A DNA stretch of 57,100 nucleotides, counting the filler, from Sphacelaria rigidula (taxonomy: Eukaryota): NCBI GenBank assembly GCA_964200075.2. It is 8 parts of 8 records of this genome, joined end to end, with 100 filler letters (N's around TTAATTAATTAA, not from the genome) between each part and the next. Parts side by side here need not be neighbours in the genome. Positions count along the whole stretch, not along the records: positions 1 to 7,051 come from CAXNAA020016751.1; positions 7,152 to 14,202 come from CAXNAA020016752.1; 6 more parts are not named here. One strand, written 5' to 3'. Positions 1 through 12,262 of the stretch are shown here, in pieces (position 1 is the first letter of the stretch; each line of letters opens with the position of its first letter). Made by a program: the position numbers and the translations under genes. Under the pieces are notes generated by a model. It was not told the DNA's origin and did not search any database. It saw nothing but the letters and a program-made list of their open reading frames with translations.

Positions 1-1063
1 GGGGGGGGGTCAATGGTCGAACGAATGAGGGAAGACAAAAAGGGGGCCCCCCCCCCCCCCCCCCTCCCCCTTGTTCCGTGTCGTCCAGATTTCAACTCTG
101 TTGCTGAATTACGTTTCCGGGATTATATACATGACCACGGGAAACGCATAATGATGCCGCCGTTCTAGAGTTTCCTCATGAACACGTGCGTGCGAATCTA
201 GATCCACGACGTTTCTCTGGCGATAACAGCCCAGTCCACCCACGTCAAGTAAACATCGTCTCTTGCGCGGGGTCACGTTACTCACGCAGGCAAAGTGGGG
301 GGTAATAGCGCACTGCACGCGAATATGAGAGCACCTACCTTTATACCCAGCAAACAATCTTGTGGTGCAAGTGTATGTAGGCAGGAGGAAGCTGACACAT
401 CTGAATACAGCGAACGGCATGATGATGACTTTTCAGATCGCTTTCTCAAGGAGATACACCCGTAGCACGCACAACGCATGGGGAAGATAAGGACGATGAC
501 GTGCGCGGGGGGTAGGGGGGGCGGGGGGGGAGAGGTGACGAAAACAACGGACGAGGAGGGTCATGTGCACATCTACTAGCTGCAACGAGCGTTGCGGCGA
601 GCGTGCCTCCAAACCAAGACGTGCGTATTTTGGTGAACGGAAGGTGACCGTGGACTACATCCGCTCGTTCATTGCAACGATTGCGGGTGGAATTATTGGG
701 CTTCAGTATACTTTCTTCATCGTACACGTACCCCGCGACGATCGAGCCATGACAGGGAAGTCACATACTTTCTTTTACATTATCCGGGAGGACGGTATTG
801 TACAGCATGGACGTTACTGCCACTACTATTACGCGCGGAAGCGACGGAATCACGGCCACAAAAGCAAACTCTATTGGAAAAAAGAAATACGTATCTACAA
901 TATTTTTTGGGGATCGGATCTCGATTCTTGGTAAAGCCAAAGTTAGTAGAAGAACAACCTCGGACCCTCACGCCCTTTGCTTTTCTTCTCGGCGCTCCAG
1001 GGGAGGAGGGAAGGGAATCAAAATCGCATGTGAAGCTAGTTCCACGCTTATTCTTCTTCGAAA

Positions 1064-1259
1064 CGAGTTACTTGATCTTAAGAGAGGGGAAGCAAGTTAC
1101 TCGAACTAAGTGAAGGGAACCAAGCCACTTGATTTTAGTTCACCTGAGGGGCAAGTACTTGGGCTGAGTGTAGGTGAACCGAGTCATTTGATATCAAAGT
1201 AGCTGAGGCAAGTCACTTGCTTTTACTGTCGGTACTTGGTTGGTGAGGTCAGTCACTTA
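1064..1259. repeat. Degenerate tandem array of the palindromic motif CAAGT-N-ACTTG, about 29-bp period
   Basis: Motif variants start at 1064, 1093, 1121, 1152, 1180, 1209, about 1230 and 1249. Confidence 0.6.
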
Positions 1260-2145
1260 AAGTCAGAATAAGGGAGGGAAGTTTGTCCTATTGATATTGT
1301 TTGGTAATGCTGGGACCGACTCGGTGGACTGGTTCCATGGATCTAAACACAACCTTTGCCTTCGAGATGGAGGCGTTATATGTAGGTTATTGCACTAAAC
1401 AAATATGGGTACCTCGATCAAGTTGTGCACTTCAGTGCATAGTCTAAGTTACCTTATATGGGCATGGAGCGGACTGTGTTGCGTTCTTCTCGGCACCGAG
1501 TTCATTGATTCGGGTCGTTCAGGGGTCTGTCGAAAAATATTTCGGGACACGTAGGCCCCAAGATCGATTATTTGAGTTGTTGATGGGGGGGCACCCATCC
1601 TGCTGTCCCCTAGTTTGCAACCGAGGCGTTGGTGGATGCGGTCAGCTGCAGTGTACAGAGATCACAGCTGGAGCAAGCCCTTCATGTCTGCCGTTACGTT
1701 AAGCCGTGAGTCCACAAAAAAACGCAGACGAGCTACATGGGCGGTCTGAACACGACCCGAAACAATGTTTTAGATCCCAGACACATGCGGATGATGGCAC
1801 CAACCCCTCTTCACGGACCACTCCATGTCGCCATTAATTTAGGCGTAACTCCCGGGCGACGCACGCGTGCATACAAAACACAATCGCCTACCTCGAAATT
1901 CGGCAATCCAGCCCCGACGAGGACCCCTCACGTCTACGTGCACGTTCAGCGGCAACACGTTCCTGCACTTGAACGTGGAAACGTTCTTGCAAGTCCAAAA
2001 CTCCTTGCAATGCACTCTTAATTTGAATATCGTCCAAAACATCACAATTCCATTCCCCCGCCGACGAAGACGCCAGCACCGAGAAAGACGTTCGAGGGGC
2101 ACGACCAAACATCACGTGGTGCGGCGTACTGTCGTAACGACGACA

Positions 2146-4503
2146 TTATGCTGTATTAAACGCCCATTGCACCGCCGGCAACACGTCCATCCACTCGGAA
2201 GCCGCTCTGCGCTGCTCGGGAAGAAAAGAGCGAAGAGCACGAACTATTTCCTTGACCATGCGTTTGCACGTACAGTTAGACCATGGAGAATACGCTACTA
2301 CAAACTGGTGATCAACACGCAAAGTCTCTCGCAATCGGGCCAAGATCGCATTCTTGAAATGCGTGGCGGCATCACCCACCCACACACGGTGCACCACCAA
2401 AGTTTTGCACCAATTCAGCAAAGACGCAGCAGTCGATTCAGCAGTACACACTGCTACTGGTTCCAGAGCCACAAAGTTGCTCAAATCATTCATGATTACC
2501 AAAATGTATCGGAACCCACCATCCTCCGACAAACCTTGGGAAGCTAGCGGGCCACTCTCGCTTACGCACAAGACGTCAGAACGAACGGCTTCATTCGGCG
2601 TGGTCCCATGGACCGTTTCACCGAGCGGGCGGGGAACAACATCGCCCGCCCTCGAGTCAGCACAGTGAAGATAGTGGCGAACAAATTCGCGCACATGCAA
2701 CGGCTTGTCAGAACTCGGAATCCACAAAACGTTTCGACCGCGCACATGCACACGAAATAGACCTTCATTGTCCAAAATAGCAGTACCAACGCCCGACTGG
2801 AAAGATGGCACATCCACATCTTCGGCCTCAAGGTCTTTTCGTTGCGCTTGGCGGACAACGAAATTGGACGGCATCGAGTCATCAGGTTCACACGAACCAT
2901 ACACAGCCACAGCGCGCGCAGGCAAAGTGGTGATATTTACTCTGCGCGACAGGAAGTCACCCCACGCGTTACGTTCACCCGAAATATGACAGATCGTGTA
3001 CCGATACTGGCCTAATACACCTTTCCACGCCTCCAATTGCTGTGCCAACGCCTTCGACATAGACGTCACGCATGCCTCCGGGTTGAAAATATACGCTAGA
3101 TTTCGGTGACCCGTGAAAATATGCACGGCATTCCACAATAGATGTTCGAGACGACGAAAAGTGCTCACGACCGCAAAACCTTCTTTGTCAATGGTTGCAC
3201 AACGCAGCTGGGGACCCTTGAAATTACCACTAAAAAAAGTCAGCGGTTCATGCGTCATGTCTTCAACCGGCAACCGTTGTTGCATTTGTGCATCAGGCAC
3301 CTGCGTTACAAAACTAACCCAATGACACTCGGATGCATCCGGAAACATCAGCACCGGGCAACCGGGGCGGGGATGGAACAGCGTCACAGCATGAGCCACC
3401 AGATCTTTTTCTGCCGCCCGTGCCTGCAGCTTGTCCTCCGTCCACGATGCGGGCATAATAACGCAGTTTTTGGCTACCCGCTTCGTGCGCCTTGAAGCTC
3501 CCACCATGAGTTCTTCTACGAAAACGCGCAAGGGCGCCACTACTTCGGCCATACGTGGCAACGAGGTACGCGACCAGTTCATTGCGTGCAGGAATTGCAT
3601 TAGTTCTGCTGCTGTTTCTGGACGCCGCATGTCAGACAAACCTTGCAAGCGGACTGGGTCATGCAAGACGCGACCGTGTGAATATATTTTCCCACACCAC
3701 ACTAATTCACTTGCAAAAAAGGTACACTTGTGGGCAGCTGCAAACAGACCAACACTCTCTAAGCGAGCCAAGATTGCATCAAGCATATCCGACAGTCCGT
3801 CTTCCGTATCCGCGAAGAAAAAGACAGTATCCACCCAAATCCTGCATTTCAAGTCATCTGAAAGGTCTACCATGACACCTTGAAAATAGGAAGTAGCATT
3901 CAACACGCCTTGCGGTACTCGTTTCAGGGTAAACATGCCAAACGGGGTCGTGGTGGTGAATATCTCTTGCGCCTCTTCGGCCAGCGGCATCTGCCAGTAC
4001 CCCTGTAGGAGGTCCAACTTACCGAAGCATCGCGCGCTCAACAGGTCTATCATGTCGGATTCGTGATTGGGCATGACACCCGACGACTTCTCCACCTGAT
4101 CATTGACGGCTCCGTAATCGCTGACAAGACGGAAATAGTCCTTCTTCGGCACCGCCATCGCTGGACTGGACCACACCAACTGTAGGTTCCTGAATACCAA
4201 CCCAAACGCCACAAGAGCTCCCATGCAAGAAGCTAGCCAACTGGAATTTCCCGGATCATACCTCCTCGGTTTTGCCTTCACCGCGGCCGCCCCTGGCTTC
4301 AGTGTTACCCTCATGGGTCCCACGTGCGCAGGGGGATCACTCATCAGCGCACGACGCAACGCGTTAACGTGGCGATACAATATGCCACGCAAGCGCTCCG
4401 CTTTTGAGACGTTGAGGTCATTTGCCACAGCATCGATCACGCTTCCCTCCAGGGCAGCCATTCGCGCGGACTCCTCTTCTGCCTGTGAACAAATCGGGGC
4501 CAC
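2146..4503 (-). pseudogene. pol: pol (RT-RNase H-integrase) of gypsy element 1, inactivated
   Basis: 785-aa ORF. The RT catalytic motif reads WVDT (second Asp lost). The N-terminal HHCC region of integrase appears internally deleted (WIPSSDKPL joined directly to HVREFVRHYLHC). The integrase C-terminus continues in other frames to about 1680. Confidence 0.88.
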
Positions 4504-4584
4504 GCTCCACTAAGCGTTCCACCGCCTCATCAAGCTCCTCGGACACCTGCCCCCCCGCCTCCTAGAGAGCATGAACCGACAAGC

Positions 4585-6355
4585 TCACTCTGCGACTGGC
4601 AAAAAAAGCAGGCGTCTCGACACTCGACCCGGGCGACGAAATTTCATTTTCAGGGACTCTAACAGCCGATCATACGGATCGACTCCGAGTCCCCGAAGCA
4701 TCGGTAAGCCCAACAGAACGACACCATCCATCCCCGGCATGATCGCAAACGATATCGGGCGTAATTTCGCTGGCGCCCAGGTAGTCCTGAACGCCAACTG
4801 TAGGGGGATCGTACGCTCCGTGACATTTATACGTTGCCCCGATGCGGTGATAGCCTGCCGCGCTCGGAGCGAGAACGGAATGCGGATTTACTCACCAGGG
4901 AGTAGACGCTCTAGCATCTCCACAATCACCATCGACACGCTCGTGAAATGAGCGCCTGAATCCAACACAGCGTTGACCGATATGACTCCCCGCGCCCGTT
5001 GATTTGGAAGATGTAACTCTGCAGGAATATGTTTTTCTTGATCCTCGACTGGCAACTGCTCCGCCAACTGATTTGTCGTGATCCCCACTTGGCGCCACGG
5101 CTGCGCGTGCGGCGCAGGCATAGACGCCCCCGCTGGGGTCACCGGCACCGCCGGCGGGTATGAAGCCCCGCACGCAGAACCAAATTGCAGCGGTACTCCG
5201 GCCGACGCAGCAGCGGATCCAAGTTTCAGCTGAAATCCGGCCGGCTCAGCAGCAGGCGTCTCGCCTTGCTCTGCTGCCGGCGGCGCCGGCACCGAGCCCC
5301 ACACTGGAGTGGTCGGTTCCGCCTGCATCGCCCGTTGCGGAGCAGCAGCCCCTGCGGCTGAGCCGGACCCAGAACCGGACCCCTGCTGACGCCGTTGCCC
5401 CTGCTGCTGCTGCTGCTGCTGGGAACTCGACTGTACACCTCCATTGCTGGAGGATCCGCCTCCGCCACCACCCCGATTACCTTTTCCTCCTTTGTGATTG
5501 CGAGGGCGCGCGGTACTCGTCTGCCCAGACTCCCCCTCGGAAGGCGTTGGGCACTTGCGTGCGTAGTGGCCTACCTGGTCACACTGAAAGCAAGGGGTAT
5601 TGGCGGCAGCACTGCCTGCGGATTTTGATCCGCGGTTACGTGAGCTCGAAGACTGCGGCGACGAAGTGGATGATTTCCCGAAAACTTCAATCTTCCGCCA
5701 TGCCTGAGCCTCAGCCACCACGGTATCCGTGACTAAGTACGGGTCTGACTTCCAATTGATTTCGTGCTGTAATTGCACAAGTACGGCGTGTTTGAATTCC
5801 GCCGGTGCCAGACCCTCCACCATCGCTTTCGTGATCGCACCGCAGCGGGCCCTGGACGGAATTTCCCATCGGAAGAACGGTAAACCATCTCGACGTTGAG
5901 ATTTTTCGAAAAATATGCCTTCAACTTTCCAATGATTGGCTCCACCCTCTCACGCATGGTCTTCCCCTTGTGGTTCATGGCGCCAGCCTTCGCCCCGCCG
6001 CGGACGCCTGTGTTAGCTTTACCTCAGCTCCCGCCGCATGCCCTGCATGCTACTTGATCGCTGCAGCCAATTACAGCGGCGTTATTGTGTTCTTCTCATG
6101 AAATCTTCTCGCAAAAACGCGTTGGAGGGGGGTAGGCACGAGTTGCACCATGGAAACCACCTGATGCCTTACCGCACCCCCCGCATTCGCATGCTCCACC
6201 CGCTTCTTGTATCCCACGGATTTCGTATAAAACGAACGAGAAGCAGACTCATAGTAAAACTTCCCGTAACTGGGATGCCGCAACTCTTCTCTCAGAACAA
6301 CTGGGGTTGCGGTCGTCTCCGCTGGCTCTTCGGCCGGTACCTCTGTAGTCGACAA
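4585..6355 (-). pseudogene. gag: gag-protease of gypsy element 1, frameshifted
   Basis: Consecutive ORFs 6071-6355, 5733-5978, 4888-5823 and 4585-4797. They contain a C-x2-C-x4-H-x4-C knuckle, a G/S/Q-rich linker, LDSGA and the C-terminal protease motif VVLLGLPML. Confidence 0.85.
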
Positions 6356-6561
6356 TTCCGAGCGGACCTAATCGAAGGCTGCTGAACCTTCTCGAACTCC
6401 ACAATTCACACCTGCCTTCGTCGCCGCACCACACAGCCGTGGGGTCCTATAAACTCCCGCTGCACGCAGCTCCAGCAAATCTCCAGTCTGGATCAATCAC
6501 GGGCCAGCCGCCTTCACAGCTACCTCAGCTTGAAACCTCCTCAAGCGTCCGTGACGCAATA

Positions 6562-6841
6562 TGTCCAAAGTTGTCCAGACTCCTCTCTACTGCCAGCAGA
6601 TTGATAGTACTGCAGCGTCCAATGCTGTTGAGGGACTCCCCAGTTCCACTGGCCTCAGGTTTCAGTTGTTAGCCTTCACAACACCCCTTATTATCCCGGA
6701 GTGCCACACAGGCACATGCTCCATAAACCACATCAGGGTATCACCCCTGTGTCCATGTCATCATCCATATCATCACTACAGATCCCAAGTCATCATCCAA
6801 TCATCACTATATACTCAACATGACGGCGTGATTTCGTCACA
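6562..6841 (-). repeat. Putative 5' LTR of gypsy element 1 (280 bp)
   Basis: The minus strand reads TGTGACG...TTGGACA (TG..CA termini), followed 2 nt later by TTGCGTCACGGAC as a candidate primer-binding site just upstream of gag. No second LTR is present to confirm it. Confidence 0.5.
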
Positions 6842-7051
6842 GTGCGAATCATGTACCAAGAAGTCATCCGGTATGAATCGCGGATGTTGAAGTTGCACGT
6901 TCAAGATCATACCGCACGAATCACGAACTGGGGCAGGGGGCAGCGCGGAACAACAAATCGGACACGTAGCCCCCCCCTCCCCCCTCAGCAACTCATTGTA
7001 GGCTGTCATCCAAATGCAAGATAATCAGTAGGCTTCGGGCCGAACAATCTT

Positions 7052-7151
7052 NNNNNNNNNNNNNNNNNNNNNNNNNNNNNNNNNNNNNNNNNNNNTTAAT
7101 TAATTAANNNNNNNNNNNNNNNNNNNNNNNNNNNNNNNNNNNNNNNNNNNN
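7052..7151. other. Artificial assembly spacer N44-TTAATTAATTAA-N44
   Basis: Identical 100-bp spacer occurring 7 times in the window; it has stops in all six frames. Confidence 0.98.
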
Positions 7152-9228
7152 CTATTCATGTCGGGGAAAGCGAGGATCGTTGGTGATGCTAGGGAAGACT
7201 TGAGTGTCTGGAATGCTGTTTCCTGGTGATCACCCCACGGAATAGTCAACTTTCGTGCATGACATGAGGCAAATTCTTTGTTGCGAAGAATGTTGGTCGA
7301 AGGGGCGGCTTTTATGCTGTACTTCTCGACAAACTGTCTGAGATACCCGGTGAGTCGGAGAAACGAACGGAGTTCCTCAACAGTGCGTGGACGTGGCATC
7401 TTGGCGACTGCGGTGAGTTTGGACGGGGCCGGTTGTACCCCTGTGCTATCGAGCAACATGCCAAGAAATTCCTGAGACGGAGCTGCAAAGCTGCACTTGG
7501 CAAAGTTCACCGAGAATCCTGCAGGCGACAATCGTTGCAAGATTATGGTCAGTAGTGCCAAGTGCTCATCCCAAGTAGGGCTGGCTATGAGGATGTCATC
7601 TAGCCAGCTGTGTACACCGGTCAGGTTGCCTATCGTTGACTTTACCCTACGAGTGAAAGCTGCCGGGAGTGCTGTAAGTCCGAAACCCGCCCTGGTGAAC
7701 TCGAAGAGTAGGCCGTCCGCATCTCTGAACGCCGTTTTGTGGCGGTCTTTTGCGGCGATCTCGACTTAGTGGAATCTTGAGGCTAGATCTAGTTGCGTAA
7801 AATACCTCTTGTCTTTGAGACCATCAAAAATAGACTGCATGTCACCCAGCCCTCCGCTATCAGACACTAAAAGCTTGTTCAGAGTACGCCAGTCGATGCA
7901 CAGGCGTAAGGTACCATTTTTGTTTTTACACAAAGACATTCCGCGGCCCATGGAGAGGTTGAGGGGCGAATAACTTCGCGGTCAAGAGCCTTATGAATTC
8001 CTTCCCTGATCATTCGGCGTTCTTCCGGCGAGAAGCGGCGTTGTTTTGCGGCGAAAGGCGTGCTACTTTCGTCGATCAATGGTAATTCTAGCTCACCATT
8101 AATGCAGGCTGGCACTCGCTTGGGATCCGTGGGAAACAGTCCTGCTTCCACAAAATCCCGTTGGACGCGCACCAGTTCCGCCTTCTCTGCTCCCCCAAGC
8201 TGCCCCATGTTTGCATCCGACACACGGACCTGGCTAGGTTCTGAGATAAGTTGACCCCGCTCGGGGCACGATGGGGGTGCGGGCACGGTAGGTTGGTCTA
8301 CCGTTGATGGTGTGTCATCGAAAAGTGAGTGAAGGCGAGCAGGATCGCGCACGTTGAGGGCTATCAAGCGCGCGATTGTTCCGCGTGTCTTCACTTCGGC
8401 TTTATCCTTACCTCTGTTTACTAACTTACAGTAAAATAGAAACCCTGGTATCCACCACAACAATCCTTTGGCTATCCCCACCAACGCTTCACCGTCCAGG
8501 TCGTACTTAGCCAAGGGCAGGATCAGCACTAGCTGCTTATCCTGGGGTTAGGGTCCCATGATGACCGATTCCACCGCCATGCTTACGAATCCATCGATGG
8601 AGACGGAATGCTCGGCCAGCTTGACGTTCCACTCCCTCGTGCCGTCGTCTTCCCAGGCAATGTCGCTGTAGCTGGGGAATTTACAGGGCGCGGCAAGAGG
8701 CACGGCTAGCGAACAAACTTCGTTGAGCGTTTCGAGGGCCGAGATGTTCGGTTTAGCATGTCGGGGGCTATCATTGGTCAAAAACGGGATCCACGGTGCG
8801 GACGGGGTAGGGCGAAACCCTCCTGTGGCTTTGAACTCGAGAGTGCTACGGTTTGCCCTAAAAACCTCTGCCCCAAGAATGAACCCGTAAGGTAGGTCCT
8901 CTACCACCCTGACTGTTACTTCACGAACGCGAGTATCCTTAGCGAACAAGATAGGTATCACGACTGATCCAACTATAAACATCGGGGGTACCTTGCTCCG
9001 TGAGGGGTTGGCAGCGCGAAGGGCGCCAGCATTGTTCGTGTCCAGCTTGGCATGTATTACTTCTGCTTTTATGAGGTAACGCCGCAAAAAACCAGACATG
9101 TAATTGCCCCCACCTGCCCCGGTGTCCAACAGTACTTCGAGTGGCCACGACTTCCGAGCCCGGTTCCGGCGCCAGATCTCTCCCGCCACCCACAGTTGGT
9201 TACCGAGACGGCCTGCGATGGCTGCCAA
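7152..9228 (-). pseudogene. pol: pol (protease-RT) of gypsy element 2
   Basis: ORF fragments 8548-9228, 7879-8529, 7766-7951 and 7152-7561 join through stops and frameshifts into protease plus RT with a WLDD motif near 7595-7606. Confidence 0.88.
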
Positions 9229-9276
9229 GTCCTCCTCCAGCAGGTTCCCCAGGTTGAGAATACCTGGGGCGTCCCC

Positions 9277-11215
9277 TCATTTTTCGCTGTTGCTGTCGGA
9301 GGACGTCCCTTCTTCTTCGCCTTCCCGTCCACCATCGCTACTCTCGTTGATCAGGCCTATGTCGATCGCCGCTAGGTATTGGGATTCCGTAAGAGCTGCG
9401 AGGCGCTTTCGGGGGACAGCGGCTCTACGGTGGGCCCGGACGCTCCTGTAGTGAGCAGGCGAGATAATGCCGTGCGTGTACGGACAGGGAGTACCGTCAC
9501 GGCGGCGGCAGGTACCTGTGAAAGCGTGGCCGAAGCAGATCTTGTTCCTGCGGAGGTAATCGATGACCTCGTCTCGGTCGCCAGTCGGGGAGGAAGCGGC
9601 TTGCTCGTCACGGGTGCTCACAGCCGAGGATGAACTTGGAGGCGGGGGTGGTGCAGCAGGCGACAAAGACACTTCTTTCGCAGCCGCTACCCAACCTTGG
9701 CTCTGAACTTCTCTGGTCGACCGTTGCTTCTATTCAACAAAAGGAACACCGTGCTGTCCTGGGATGGCCCCTGGTGTGTTGGCGAATGCTGCCGCCAGGG
9801 TCGGTGTCTGCTGCTAAGCGCGCTTGTTCAACTGCGGTTGCGGTTGCGCGTACTCTATCTGTGGTAAGATTCTGGCAGCGGACGCAGGGTCTGCGGCAAG
9901 ACGGGGCATCAATCCTTCATTTTCACCGCGGAGCGTAGCGAATTGCGCGGGGGACATTTGTTGAATATCCTCTAGCGAGAAAAGGCGATCTGGCCCTACC
10001 GTGCGACCTGTTTTTTTTCTGGGCGGGCTTCCTGAAATGTGACGAGGGGCGCGCAGTGAGAACATTGATAAACTCTTCGTACAACCCTTTTACCACTTCA
10101 CCACGGCGGCGCATAGGTCCCCCCAGGGGGTTTTGCAGCTCCTCTGCCATGTCGGTGAGCTTGGTGTCTGCTACACTCATTTTCTCGTGGAACAGTGATT
10201 GCACGCCCTCCCTGCGAGCTTCATCGGGCAAGACGGCTCGGACAATGCATTCATATAGTTTGTTCAGTTGCTCTTTCGTGATGAAAGTCCAGAAAAAGTC
10301 AGTCTCAGTGGCATGCGGACGGCTTGCGCTAGCTAGGGTGGCTTTATAAGCCAACCAAACTCGATCAGCCACATGCTTCCAAGATTCACCGTTTTTTAGG
10401 GTTATCTCCTTCAACGCTTCTCGTGCATTTTCGGCGGAGTTACTGTTAAGGGCTTGTTCACGCAGCGACAGACGCAACCAATCGGTAGCCGTTTCCTGAT
10501 TATGGCGGACAATTTCCGTTCCGCCTGAGATTCGGTACACCCGAACGTCGGTGCCCGATAGCAGCGCTGTGGCAGTAGTACTACCCTTTGCAAGCAAGTC
10601 CAAGAGTAGGTCACGGCGGCGGGGCGAGTACTTGTCGACTTTAGTGCCCCACCTTCCTCCACCCAGCGGTACGTCTTCAGGGAGCTTCAGCGCGGCACGT
10701 TCCACGTGACGCAATGTGCTCCAAATCTTTTCTTGGATACATATTGCACTGTTCGCTATGGTTAGCTTACCTGGGAAAGTGCCCGTGTACACTGGCATCC
10801 TTGAGGTGTTTGCAATGCGACTCAGCACCCGTTCGCTCACCTTAGCCAGTTGATTGGCTTCGGCCACTTCCACCCCTTCCTCCTTGTTGACGCTTCCCTC
10901 CGTCTCGTGTCTGTCCCTGGATGACCGATTGTCACGGTTCGTTCTGGGACGGCTCGTGGAGCGGTAAGTCACGCGGGACAAGTTGCGGCGAGGAAAGGTA
11001 GAACGAGAGCGCGAGGGGCGGAGGGAGCTACTGCGAGAACTACGGGGGTCTCGTGAATCGGAACGGCTACGATGACGGCGATGAAAGCGAGAGCGGGAGC
11101 GAGAGTCCCGGGAATCGGAACGACTGCGGCGTGCCGAGGAGAACCGGGAGTCTGAGCGGCGTCTATCGTTCTGCCTTCCCCGTCCCTCACTACGTTCAGC
11201 GCCCCTGCCAGACAT
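9277..11215 (-). pseudogene. gag-like protein of gypsy element 2 with N-terminal RS-rich tract and a CCCH zinc finger
   Basis: Lies directly upstream of the protease. The 430-aa ORF starts with an Arg/Ser-rich tract, and a downstream fragment has CFGHAFTGTCRRRDGTPCPYTH (C-x8-C-x7-C-x3-H). Confidence 0.7.
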
Positions 11216-11555
11216 TTTTTTTCACGTGTAATATGCTTTACTTATCAACTAATACAGCTTGAAACAGTACAGCATAAACCATCGGTGGGGCGCGAGTGTT
11301 TCGTCAATCCCCATGGTCACAATGAGATGTGATCCAAAAAAGCAGAGATGCGCAGCGACACAGTTTTTGTTTGCCCCATATCAGTATGAGGCAAGAAAAC
11401 AAGAACCGATAACAACGGCCGAGAGAGGGAAAAGGACGCCGACAGGGCAGAAGGGGGAAAAACGGAGGCATCGCGTGGATTAGTACATGTTTGCAATGAC
11501 AGTCAGCGTTGTCAGCGTTCAAGGACTGGTGATCTTTTGCAAGGACTCACTATCT

Positions 11556-11685
11556 TGTTATGATGCTTTTCCATTTTGAGAATGCTCAGTCGGCGAACAA
11601 CGTCTCATCATCACGAAGAGGTGCATTTCAGGGGAACAGTTGCGCCTCGTTTGGGAACAGTTACGTGGGGACCTCGGTTGTAACA
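11556..11685 (-). repeat. Putative short 5' LTR of gypsy element 2 (130 bp)
   Basis: Bounded by inverted TGTTA...TAACA about 340 bp upstream of the gag ATG. No second copy is available. Confidence 0.35.
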
Positions 11686-11919
11686 ATTGAGGTACATATG
11701 GTAATGCCTGTCGTCTATCGGTAAAAGCTCATGCGGTCAAAGTGGGGCACAGAACAAACAGCAGAGTAGGAAACTGCTTGTGACTTCCAACATGCAGGTG
11801 TAAGAAGCATTACGTGCACACGAGGGCTACACAGACAGTGCGATAGCCAGCGGGGTACAACTACCCATGGGCGGTAAAGGCAAAAATCGCAACGCCTCAG
11901 GCGGGACAGTAACCGCAGA

Positions 11920-12262
11920 GCAGCAAAACAAAATTGCATTCTTCTTTAGGTGGAACAGTAACCACACAGCAGGGTAACTGACAGCACAGCGGAAACAGCC
12001 GCAGCAACTCCAACAGCAAAGTTAATAGTAGCAACAAAAGCGACAGCAACACAGCAAAGCAGCAGCGACCGCAGCGGCCGTAACAACAGCAGACGATAAC
12101 AGGCAGAAGCAACGCCACCACCAACAACAACAGCAACAGACGATAACAAAAGCGACAGACGGTAACAGCAGCACAATAACAGAGACAAAGGACAACAACG
12201 AGAACCGCAACAAACAAACAACGAACAGCCACAACAACGGATAACAACAACGCGGCTGCACA
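11920..12262. repeat. Degenerate (CAA/CAG)n low-complexity tract
   Basis: Runs of aac/agc/aca triplets; gives poly-L/V/C nonsense ORFs on the minus strand. Confidence 0.8.

Larger units (their letters stand above)
1680..6841 (-). mobile_element. Degenerate Ty3/gypsy LTR retrotransposon (element 1), 3'-truncated
   Basis: Minus-strand order gag (CCHC knuckle CFQCDQVGHYARKC), protease (VLDSGA), RT (WSSPAMAVPKKDYFRLVSDY, LDLLQGYWQM, PQGVLNATSYFQ, WVDT), RNase H (FPDAS, DKEGFAVV, FTGHRNL), integrase (D..D..E core, KLMATWSGP). Many frameshifts. Homology breaks off near 1680 and no 3' LTR is seen. Confidence 0.93.
7152..11685 (-). mobile_element. Degenerate Ty3/gypsy LTR retrotransposon (element 2), cut by the contig end near the start of RNase H
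   Basis: Minus strand: gag-like ORFs (9923-11215, 9277-9672), protease LLDTGAGGGNY...FILGAE, and RT (IRPSTSPWAA, NGTLRLCIDWRTLNK, YFTQLDLASRFH, GVHSWLDDILIAS, ELRSFLRLTGYLRQFVEKYS, PTILAFPD). Stops and frameshifts are present. Confidence 0.92.

Noticed and set aside
109-1113. Cluster of short overlapping ORFs (also 12392-13887)
   Set aside because: No recognisable domain or consistent exon structure; possibly decayed transposon sequence.
7096-7107. TTAATTAATTAA recurring every ~7.15 kb
   Set aside because: Always embedded in N44 runs; an assembly linker, not biology.
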